Shown one piece after another: positions 1 to 8,057 of a DNA stretch of 64,000 bases. Every line of letters starts with the position of its first letter. Position 1 is the first letter of the stretch. The DNA lies in contig JBBRLI010000001.1 of NCBI GenBank assembly GCA_038231455.1, positions 32,001-96,000 on the forward strand, in the 5' to 3' direction. This stretch comes from Vulcanimicrobiales bacterium (GTDB lineage: Bacteria > Vulcanimicrobiota > Vulcanimicrobiia > Vulcanimicrobiales > Vulcanimicrobiaceae). The notes beneath the pieces were generated by a model. The model was not told the origin of the DNA. It saw nothing but the letters and a program-made list of their open reading frames with translations, and ran no database searches. The position numbers and the translations under genes were made by a program.

Positions 1-1
1 G

Positions 2-646
2 CCGAGTACCTGCAACATGGTCGGCGGCCATCAAGCGTGGTGGATCCCGCAAGCCTCGATCGACGGTGCGCCGGTTCATCCCAAATCGATCGTTGTTTAC
101 TACAAGATGGGACCTGACGGCTTCGCCGCGCACGTAACGCCGTTCGCGAACGGGAACCGCATTTTAGCTGGCAAATCGACGCAAACCGAAGCAGACTTCG
201 CACAGATCGGCAATTGGACGTGCGGCAATCTGCCGCGCACCTCCGATGTCCCGGATGCCTGCCCGCCCGGCACGGATCTCGTCGTGCGTCTCAATGGGCC
301 GCACTGCATGGCCGATGTCACGCAGACCGACAGTGCGACGCACCGCTCGCACATCGTCTATTCATCGGCAACCACGCACGCGTGCCCCGCCGATCATCCC
401 ATCGCCGTTCCGATGCCGGTTTGGAAAATTTCGTACGCGGTGAACGGAAACAATCTCAAAAATCGACTGCGCTTCTCAGCGATGAATCCCGACGGTTCCG
501 TCGGACCGGCCGGACGCGCGTGGTCGTTCCACGCCGATGAGATCTTTGCGTTCGATGCGGCACGCTTCGCTTATTTGGTCGACTACTGCATCAACGGCGG
601 CCGTCAATGCCAACACACCGGCGACGGCCCGCACCTCACGCGCTAA
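2..646 (+). CDS. DUF1996-family protein, 5' end outside the window
   Basis: The frame is open from base 2 (PSTCNM...). Motifs STC..AWWIP, CPADHPIAVP and FHAD resemble DUF1996 proteins. Confidence 0.65.
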   Translation, partial: PSTCNMVGGHQAWWIPQASIDGAPVHPKSIVVYYKMGPDGFAAHVTPFANGNRILAGKSTQTEADFAQIGNWTCGNLPRTSDVPDACPPGTDLVVRLNGPHCMADVTQTDSATHRSHIVYSSATTHACPADHPIAVPMPVWKISYAVNGNNLKNRLRFSAMNPDGSVGPAGRAWSFHADEIFAFDAARFAYLVDYCINGGRQCQHTGDGPHLTR

Positions 647-658
647 CCCGGAGCAGCC

Positions 659-2449
659 ATGAAACGTCTTCTCGCTCTCGCCGCAATCGCGGTTTTCTCC
701 GGCTGTTCCGGAGTCGGTACCGGCGGCACGGTTGCAACGGTTCGAACCGCCGATTCCAGATTTCGCGTATCGCAATCGCTCGGCGCGACAACCAGCGGCG
801 AGAGCGCGTACCCAAGCGGCGTTCCCTGGCCGGTACCCGGCGTCATCGCTTTCGATAATTACGATCGGGGCGGTCGCGACGTCGGATACCACACCAATCT
901 TACAAGTAATCCGGGCGGCGCGTACCGTCATGACGGCGTGGGAATTCAACAGACATCCGACACGATGTACGGCAACGGCTTCAACATCGGCTGGACGGAA
1001 AACGGCAACTGGTATCGATATACGGTGAACGTGGACCGCACGGCACGCTACGACCTCACCGTGCGGATTGCATCGGTGCGGGCCGCCGGGGGCGTGCCCG
1101 CATCACTCCATTTCGAAGACGAGTCGGGAACCAATTTGAGCGGCGCGATTGCCGTTCCGGTGACCGGGGGCTTCCAAACCTGGACGACACTTGCGACGGC
1201 CGTACAACTTACGGCCGGTAAACATACGATCGCAGCAGCCATCGATAGCGGGCATGCATCCTTCAATCTCAATACGATGACGTTCTCCACGCTTGCAACG
1301 TCGACGCCGACGCCCGTGCCGACCGCGAGCGCGGTTGCGACTCCGACTCCGGCACCCTCGACCTCACCATCGCCCTCGCCCCGACCGATGACGAGCGGTT
1401 TGCCAACGACAATCGTCAATAACAGCGGCATCGCCGGTTGGTTTTACGTCTTAGGCTCCGATGCCAGCGGCGTTCCAATGCATGTGCGCCCGGATGGCGT
1501 CGCGGTCGCCAATTCGCTTGGCGATCGTGACGTAACGGGTCACGTCGACTACGGCGTACCCCTTGCAGCGAACGGCACGACCCCGTTTACCTTTCCGCAT
1601 CTCAACGGGCGCCTCTACATCGCGCTCGGCAAGAAGCTCTCACTTTCCGTCAGTGTCGGAGCGAACGGACATGTCGGCGTCTCAACGCCAATCGGTTGGA
1701 ATCCAAAAGATTCCAACTATAGCGTGCTCCACGATTGGGTCGAGTATGCGTATAGCGGAACGACCTTCAATGTCAACGTGACGGGCGTCGACATGTACGG
1801 ATTGCCACTAAGCATGACACTCGACGGACGGACCACGCAGAAGTCGGGCAGCCTTCCCGGTGCGCGCGGAGCGATCTTCGCAGGGCTTCGAGCCGATCCA
1901 AATTTCGCCGGAACCGTGCTCTCGCAAGGCGGCATCGATCTGCGCGCGCTCTCTCCCGGCCACGCTGCCGATCTCGGGTTGTTTTCGAAAACCTATCTCG
2001 ACCCCTCGATCACCTCGGTGTGGGACTACTACACGACACATCCCTACATCATCGCGAACCAACCCGGCGTAAGCGGCAAAGTCAGCGCGGCTGGGGTGTT
2101 GGAATTCACGAAAGCCGGAGCCCCGTACATTTCGTTTGCGAAACCGACAACGCTCAATGTCTTCGGCTGCGATGGAGCGATCATCTCACCGAATACGCCT
2201 GCCGGAGGAATCGGTTCGGACCTGTGCGCGGCACTCAACCGCGGTACGGCGTTCGCAGCCTCACAACCCGATACGAATGCGGCCGACTTCTACCTCGCAC
2301 CGCTAACGAACGTGTACGCCCGCGTGATTCACAAGTCGAGCATCGGCGGAAAAGGCTACGGTTTTCCGTATGACGACAACGGCGGGTTCAGCTCGTTCAT
2401 CGCCGATGGCCAACCTCGCGCTTTTACGATCACGATCGAGCATCTGTAA
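659..2449 (+). CDS. Lipoprotein with CBM6 domain, Pro/Thr linker and GH64 beta-1,3-glucanase domain
   Basis: Lipobox FSG-C; CBM6 motifs IGWTENGNWYRY and TGGFQTW; PT linker; GH64 motifs DWVEY, VDMYGLP and YGFPYDD. Confidence 0.85.
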   Translation: MKRLLALAAIAVFSGCSGVGTGGTVATVRTADSRFRVSQSLGATTSGESAYPSGVPWPVPGVIAFDNYDRGGRDVGYHTNLTSNPGGAYRHDGVGIQQTSDTMYGNGFNIGWTENGNWYRYTVNVDRTARYDLTVRIASVRAAGGVPASLHFEDESGTNLSGAIAVPVTGGFQTWTTLATAVQLTAGKHTIAAAIDSGHASFNLNTMTFSTLATSTPTPVPTASAVATPTPAPSTSPSPSPRPMTSGLPTTIVNNSGIAGWFYVLGSDASGVPMHVRPDGVAVANSLGDRDVTGHVDYGVPLAANGTTPFTFPHLNGRLYIALGKKLSLSVSVGANGHVGVSTPIGWNPKDSNYSVLHDWVEYAYSGTTFNVNVTGVDMYGLPLSMTLDGRTTQKSGSLPGARGAIFAGLRADPNFAGTVLSQGGIDLRALSPGHAADLGLFSKTYLDPSITSVWDYYTTHPYIIANQPGVSGKVSAAGVLEFTKAGAPYISFAKPTTLNVFGCDGAIISPNTPAGGIGSDLCAALNRGTAFAASQPDTNAADFYLAPLTNVYARVIHKSSIGGKGYGFPYDDNGGFSSFIADGQPRAFTITIEHL

Positions 2450-2534
2450 AGCTCGCGCGACCATTTCCGCTCGAGAAACGCGATAATCGCATCCGTACCC
2501 GAGAAAAATTCGGGAGCGGTGGGCGTGAGGTCAT
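2446..2534 (-). pseudogene. Remnant of a DUF1348 (NTF2-like) gene
   Basis: ATG at 2534 reads MTSRPPLP. An adjacent frame then reads EFFSGTDAIIAFLERKWSREL. Both are DUF1348-like blocks; the intervening part and the 3' half are missing. Confidence 0.65.
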
Positions 2535-2596
2535 GCCGCCTGAACCGGGACCGGTTGCGAAAGATGCGCCCGACCCTCGAAGCGGAAACCTCTGGG

Positions 2597-3088
2597 ATGA
2601 TTGCCATTTGGCTCGGCCTCGCGATCGCGGTTGCAAACGCCAACCGCGCGCACACGATCGCCCGCGCCGATGTGGGAACCATCGTCGTGCATCACGGCGC
2701 CGCATGCTTCTCGGTTCAGAACGCGCGCCTCTTACCCGCGGCCATGCTCGTCGTCGTTTCGCCTCAAACGTCGCGTCCCGTCGGGCACGCTACGATCGTC
2801 GGTCCGCGCGCGGCTCGCGCCGAGCAATTCGATCGCGGCGCCACCGGATATGCCGTGCACGTCGTCGGGATGGCGAATGGAACGATCGCGATCGGGTTGA
2901 CAACGCGGGCCGCGAACCTTGGCGATGCTCGGGCAACGGCGTGCACCAGCTCCGAGGGCGTCCACCTGAATATTTGGGCGGGTCGGCCCAAAGCATCAAC
3001 ACGCCTCTGGCACGCGTATACATACCTGGGATACGACGTCGAGCCGACCTGCGCGCAGAGTGAGATGGGCGAATTCGAAGGAACGTAA
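2597..3088 (+). CDS. Secreted hypothetical protein
   Basis: Signal-like N-terminus MIAIWLGLAIAVA; conserved-looking C-terminal block CTSSEGVH...LWHAYTYLGYDVEPTC. Confidence 0.6.
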   Translation: MIAIWLGLAIAVANANRAHTIARADVGTIVVHHGAACFSVQNARLLPAAMLVVVSPQTSRPVGHATIVGPRAARAEQFDRGATGYAVHVVGMANGTIAIGLTTRAANLGDARATACTSSEGVHLNIWAGRPKASTRLWHAYTYLGYDVEPTCAQSEMGEFEGT

Positions 3089-3176
3089 TTCCACCCACGC
3101 GTCGACGCGACGGAAAGAGTTTTCATCAGAAAGTGGAATCCGATGCAATGAATAGAGCGCTTTGCGGAGGAAATCG

Positions 3177-5108
3177 GTGAAAAACGATGCTGAGGGTGTC
3201 AAACGGCGTTCCTTTTTAGCGGGTATCGCAACCGCGGCAAGCGCTGCTGCGACCGCCGGCGCCAAGCCCGCTCACGCAGCGGTCGCCGCCCCCTTAAAAC
3301 GCGGGCCGCTCTCGCCGCGCGAGATTGCATTAGAGATGGATCCCGTGCCGGCGGTGACGGAGGGCGAACACGTCACGCGCGCCGGCTCGGACTATATGGT
3401 CGACGTCTTCAAGAGTCTGGGAATGACGTACATCGCCTCGATGCCGGGCTCCACGTTTCGCGGGATCCAAGAATCGTTCGTCAACTACGGCGGCAACACC
3501 AAGCCGGAGTGGATCACCGTGCTGCACGAAGAGATTTCGGGAGCGATGGCACACGGCTACGCAAAAGCCGCAGGGAAGCCGATGGCGATCATCGTGCACA
3601 ATACCGTCGGTCTTCAGCACGCCTCGATGGCACTCTACAACGCATGGGCCGACCGCGTGCCGATCTTCGTACTCGTCGGGAACGTCGCTGACGCCTCCAC
3701 CCGCAGGCCGGGTGCTGAGTGGAACCACTCGGCAATCGACATCGCAGAACTCGTGCGCGGCTACATCAAGTACGACGACTCGCCGGCTTCGCTCGTGCAT
3801 TTCCGCGAATCGGTTCAGCGGGCGTATTCGATCATGATGACGCCGCCGATGGGTGCGAGCATGATCGTCGTCGATGGAGATCTCGCCGAGACACCGATGC
3901 GTGGACCGGCACCGGCGATTCCCGTACGGCACGAAGTACGCGCACCGGTTGCCGATCCGCAGACGATAACGACACTCGCGACGATGCTGGTCAACGCGAG
4001 CGATCCCGTGCTCGTGAGCGGGCGACACGCACGCACCCCACAGGGGATGGCGAATCTCGTACGTCTTGCCGAGCTGTTGCAGGCGCCGACGATCGATCAA
4101 CTCGGCCGCATGAATTTCCCGACCGATCACTACCTGAACCAATCCTACAATCCAGCGGTGATTCGCTCGGCCGACGTCATCGTAAATTTGGAAAACGACA
4201 ATCTCTTCGGCGTCGTCGGCGACGTGCTCGATCATGTCGAGCGATCGACGCGCATGAAGATCAAGACCGGAACCAAGGTCGTCGATATCAATTCCGAACT
4301 GCTTGCCGGGGGCGGCAACTATCAAGATAAACAGCGCTACTTCTCACCCGATCTGTCCATCGCCGCCGATGCTGAGGCAACGTTGCCGCAACTCATCGCC
4401 GCCGTCGAAAGCGCGCTGACGAGTGAGCGCCGCGCGCAGAATACGGCGCGCGCGGAAAAATGGCGGAGTGCCTTTACCGCACGTCGGCTTGCCGACAAAG
4501 AAGATGCGGCCGTGGGCTGGGAGGGAACGCCGATCAGCGTACCGCGCATGTGCATGGAGATTTGGAATGCCATCGCGCACGAAGATTGGTCGCTCGTTTC
4601 GATGACGACGTTTCTGAGTGCGTGGCCGCAGCGGCTGTGGGATATGAATCAACACCACCAGTACATCGGCCACGCCGGAGGAGCAGGCGTCGGCTATCAA
4701 CTCGGCGCTGCGGTCGGAGCGGCGCTCGCAAATAAAGAGCGCGGTCGACTCTCCGTCAATATCGTCGGAGATGGCGAATTCAATTGCATGCCGGGCGCCC
4801 TGTGGACGCTCGCCCATCACCGCATACCGCTGCTCACCATCATCCACAATAACCGCGCATGGCATCAGGAACTGATGCACGTGACGCGCGTTGCCGACCG
4901 TCGCGATCGCAATCCCGCCGGGGCCTCGATCGGAACGACAATGGACGACCCCGCGATCGACTATGCCAAAGTCTCGCAGGGGTTCGGGGTGTACGCCGAA
5001 GGTCCGATCACCGATCCGTCGCGCCTTGCAGCGGCGATCGCGCGCGCCGTCAAAGTCGTCAAAGCGGGCCAACCGGCGTTGCTCGACGTCCTCACGCAGG
5101 GGAGATAA
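3177..5108 (+). CDS. Thiamine-diphosphate-dependent enzyme (acetolactate synthase/decarboxylase superfamily) with a twin-arginine signal
   Basis: GGAGG SD before GTG 3177; KRRSFL, h-region and AHA cleavage site; catalytic Glu motif LHEE; ThDP motif GDGEF...HNN. Confidence 0.85.
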   Translation: MKNDAEGVKRRSFLAGIATAASAAATAGAKPAHAAVAAPLKRGPLSPREIALEMDPVPAVTEGEHVTRAGSDYMVDVFKSLGMTYIASMPGSTFRGIQESFVNYGGNTKPEWITVLHEEISGAMAHGYAKAAGKPMAIIVHNTVGLQHASMALYNAWADRVPIFVLVGNVADASTRRPGAEWNHSAIDIAELVRGYIKYDDSPASLVHFRESVQRAYSIMMTPPMGASMIVVDGDLAETPMRGPAPAIPVRHEVRAPVADPQTITTLATMLVNASDPVLVSGRHARTPQGMANLVRLAELLQAPTIDQLGRMNFPTDHYLNQSYNPAVIRSADVIVNLENDNLFGVVGDVLDHVERSTRMKIKTGTKVVDINSELLAGGGNYQDKQRYFSPDLSIAADAEATLPQLIAAVESALTSERRAQNTARAEKWRSAFTARRLADKEDAAVGWEGTPISVPRMCMEIWNAIAHEDWSLVSMTTFLSAWPQRLWDMNQHHQYIGHAGGAGVGYQLGAAVGAALANKERGRLSVNIVGDGEFNCMPGALWTLAHHRIPLLTIIHNNRAWHQELMHVTRVADRRDRNPAGASIGTTMDDPAIDYAKVSQGFGVYAEGPITDPSRLAAAIARAVKVVKAGQPALLDVLTQGR

Positions 5109-5111
5109 GCG

Positions 5112-5726
5112 ATGCGCATCATGGGATTGTCCGCGCTCGGCGTACTCATCACCGCGATCGTGGCCTTCAGCGGTGCCGCACCTGCGGCCGATTCACCGGG
5201 GAAGACGCTCTTCTCCGTCAACGGCTGTACGCAGTGTCACGGCACGCTCGGGCAAGGAAACAAATCGGCCGGCGTGCGCCTCGCGCCGCATCCTCTTCCG
5301 TACGCGGCATTTGTGAGTCAGTTGCGCAAACCGCGCGGCGAGATGCCGCCATACAGCGCGCATCTCGTGAGCGATCGCGACGTAGCCGCGATGTATGCGT
5401 ATCTGGAATCGATTCATGACGGCAAAACGGCAGCGCAGATTCCGCTCCTCGCTGCGGTCGGATTCGGCAACGCCGGAAAGCCTTCGGCGCTCGACGGTCT
5501 CGCTGCGGGGCGCACGATTTTCGCGCAAAACTGCGCAAGCTGTCACGGTGCCGCGGGCGTTGGTGGCGGGCTCGGGCCTGCGCTCACCGGCGAGCGGACG
5601 CGCAAGAATCTCGCAGCGACGGTGGCGTTTATCAAGCATCCGGTCGCACCGATGCCCGCACTCTTCCCAAGCAAGCTCAGCGAACGCGATGTCGCAGACC
5701 TCGCAGCATACGTTCAATCGCTTTAA
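5112..5726 (+). CDS. Dihaem c-type cytochrome
   Basis: Sec signal peptide; CTQCH and CASCH, each followed by a Met-Pro distal ligand motif. Confidence 0.9.
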   Translation: MRIMGLSALGVLITAIVAFSGAAPAADSPGKTLFSVNGCTQCHGTLGQGNKSAGVRLAPHPLPYAAFVSQLRKPRGEMPPYSAHLVSDRDVAAMYAYLESIHDGKTAAQIPLLAAVGFGNAGKPSALDGLAAGRTIFAQNCASCHGAAGVGGGLGPALTGERTRKNLAATVAFIKHPVAPMPALFPSKLSERDVADLAAYVQSL

Positions 5727-5781
5727 GCCACGCGCATGCGACGCTCCGCGCTCAACCGATTAGTCCGACGTTAAAGTACGG

Positions 5782-5797
5782 TGTGTAAACGGTCACC
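5782..5797. promoter_or_regulatory. Possible CRP/FNR-family binding site
   Basis: TGTGT-N6-TCACC matches TGTGA-N6-TCACA at 8 of 10 positions, in the intergenic region upstream of the S8 operon. Confidence 0.3.
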
Positions 5798-5879
5798 TCG
5801 GCAGTGAATAGAAAGGCGAAGCCGAGCTGACGGCGCAGAAGCTCAGGAATCTTCTCCCCGACTTTCGATCGTGGGTCTT

Positions 5880-8057
5880 ATGCTGCTACGGTTTTTTGCG
5901 GTGATCGCGTGTGCTAGTGCGTTACTCTTCGTCTCTGCTTGCGGCGGTGGTGGCGGCGGTGGCGGCGGTGCGACCCCGCCGGTAACGTCGACGACGCCGA
6001 CGCCCACACCGACGGGAGGCCCCACAAGCACGCCAACTCCGGGCATCACCGCGACGCCTGTTCCGACGGCAACGCCAACATCGGGGGGCGTCCGATACAT
6101 TCTGCCGAGCGCGAGTCCCGCGGCTCTGAGTGCAATCACGGTCGATTCCGCGCCTCGCCCGCTCGCTGTAACGCTCGATGGAGCGACGCTCGGAACGACA
6201 CCGACGACCGCGACGCCGACGTATTCACGTTCCGCACACACGCTTACGATCACGGCACCCGGGTTGGCGCCCTACGTCATCACCCTCGCACAGACGGCAA
6301 ACGGCCCACGTTCCGTTTTCTACAATTCGCTGATCGACACCCAAGGGAGGATTGCATCGATCTCAACGTCGGCGAGTGCGCGCCGCACGATGAGCGTGGG
6401 TCGATTCACGCGCGGAGCGTTGCGACCGCGGTCCTCAATCGCTTCGCGACCGTCGTTTAGCGACCAACGTTTTGTCGTCCACTACGACCCCGTACAGATC
6501 GATGCGTCCCGCACGTTCGCGCAACTCGAAGCCGCGCACGGCGTGGTGCGTGCCGCAACGCTCGCTCAATCCGCCCGCGACGTGACGCGTGTCGTCACCG
6601 TCGGCGCGGGGACGCCGCTTGCGGGAGCGCTCGCATCACTTGCCCGCGAGCGCGGGGTCACGAGCGTCGATCGCGTCCGGCTGCGCTATCCACTCGCGCC
6701 GCCGCGTGGCCCCGTCTACCCGAACGACCCGTTCTACGCCCAAGGAGCGCAGTGGTATCTCGATGCGATCGATGCGCCCGATGCGTGGAGCTACGGTTTA
6801 GGAAAGGCGACCATTTCGATCGCCGTGATCGACACGGGATACGACGTCGCGCAAACCGAGGTCGCACCCGGTGTGACGTTCTCGGAAAAAATCGTCGGCG
6901 GAACCATTGACGCGGGCGCAAATGCCGCAAATGACACCGACGGCCACGGGACGTTCGCCGCGGGCGTCGCAAGCGCCCAGACCAATAACGCCAGCGGCTA
7001 TGCGGGCGTCGCGTATGGCGCGAGCCTGCAAGTCTACAAAGTGTTCACCGATTCTGCGACGCCGACGGCGGATTCCGCCGACGTCGCAGAAGCCATCCGC
7101 GAAGCGGTCGCGCACAAAGCGAGCCTGATTCTGCTCCCACTCGGCGGAACGTCCGATGCCGGGCCCGATCCGCTCGAACGCGACGCCGTCGCATTTGCCC
7201 TGGCATCGAACATCGCCGTCATCGCGCCCTCCGGCAACGAGGGTGCAACGACGCTCGACTATCCCGCCGGATACGATGGCGTGATCTCCGTTGGCTCGTC
7301 CGCGATCAACGACACGGCCTCACCGGGAAGTGCCTTTGGCGGCGGCAACTTCGAATATGTCCCGACGTACGCGAACACCGCACCGACCCTTGGACTCGTC
7401 GCACCCGGTGGCGATCTTGCAAGCGCGACCGATTCCGATGTCATTCACGGCATCCTTAATGCATATACCACAAGGCCACTTCCGGGTCTCCCGGCATGCC
7501 CCGCCGGCACCGCGCCCGCCTCGTGCAACGTCACGCTCAGCGGGACGTCGGCCGCCGCGTCGATCGTCGCCGGCGCAAGCGCCCTGTTGCTCGCGCAAAA
7601 TCCCGCGCTGACGCCCGCACAACTCAGCCAATTACTCGATTCAACCGCAGATGACATTAAAGACGCGCGGCAGGGTCATGGCCGACTCAATCTGCACGCT
7701 GCATCGGCCGCGCTTGCCGGCGATCTCACGCCGGTGCCGGGCCCCTCGCCGCCCACCTTTAATGCATTCGTCGCCTTTGCGTACAGGAATTCGGGCGGTA
7801 CGCAGCCGCAGATCATCGACATGAACTTTCCAACCGGCGTGCGCGTCAATACGGATGGCACGTTTCGCATCGCCGACATCCCCGCGGGCGCTGCGCCGTA
7901 CAAAATCGCAGTCTGGGCCGACGCCAACGGCAATGGCAGTATCGATGCCGGTGATTCGTTTGGCGTCGTCGCGGCGAACTGCGCGGCGAGCGGGCCGTGT
8001 AGCGGCGCAAATGCCATCAACGCAAAGCGCGTTGCTGCGGGATTCACCCTCCCCTGA
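5880..8057 (+). CDS. S8 (subtilisin-like) serine protease lipoprotein
   Basis: Lipobox VSA-C with poly-G and PT linker; catalytic triad motifs IDTG, DGHGT and SGTSAAA; oxyanion SGNE. Confidence 0.9.
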   Translation: MLLRFFAVIACASALLFVSACGGGGGGGGGATPPVTSTTPTPTPTGGPTSTPTPGITATPVPTATPTSGGVRYILPSASPAALSAITVDSAPRPLAVTLDGATLGTTPTTATPTYSRSAHTLTITAPGLAPYVITLAQTANGPRSVFYNSLIDTQGRIASISTSASARRTMSVGRFTRGALRPRSSIASRPSFSDQRFVVHYDPVQIDASRTFAQLEAAHGVVRAATLAQSARDVTRVVTVGAGTPLAGALASLARERGVTSVDRVRLRYPLAPPRGPVYPNDPFYAQGAQWYLDAIDAPDAWSYGLGKATISIAVIDTGYDVAQTEVAPGVTFSEKIVGGTIDAGANAANDTDGHGTFAAGVASAQTNNASGYAGVAYGASLQVYKVFTDSATPTADSADVAEAIREAVAHKASLILLPLGGTSDAGPDPLERDAVAFALASNIAVIAPSGNEGATTLDYPAGYDGVISVGSSAINDTASPGSAFGGGNFEYVPTYANTAPTLGLVAPGGDLASATDSDVIHGILNAYTTRPLPGLPACPAGTAPASCNVTLSGTSAAASIVAGASALLLAQNPALTPAQLSQLLDSTADDIKDARQGHGRLNLHAASAALAGDLTPVPGPSPPTFNAFVAFAYRNSGGTQPQIIDMNFPTGVRVNTDGTFRIADIPAGAAPYKIAVWADANGNGSIDAGDSFGVVAANCAASGPCSGANAINAKRVAAGFTLP

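Noticed and set aside
1303-1385. Pro/Thr-rich repeats here and near 5990-6080 and 15700-15760 as mobile or regulatory repeats
   Set aside because: They are ordinary low-complexity linkers in secreted lipoproteins.
3089-3176. TPP riboswitch upstream of the ThDP enzyme
   Set aside because: No CUGAGA or other TPP aptamer consensus is present.
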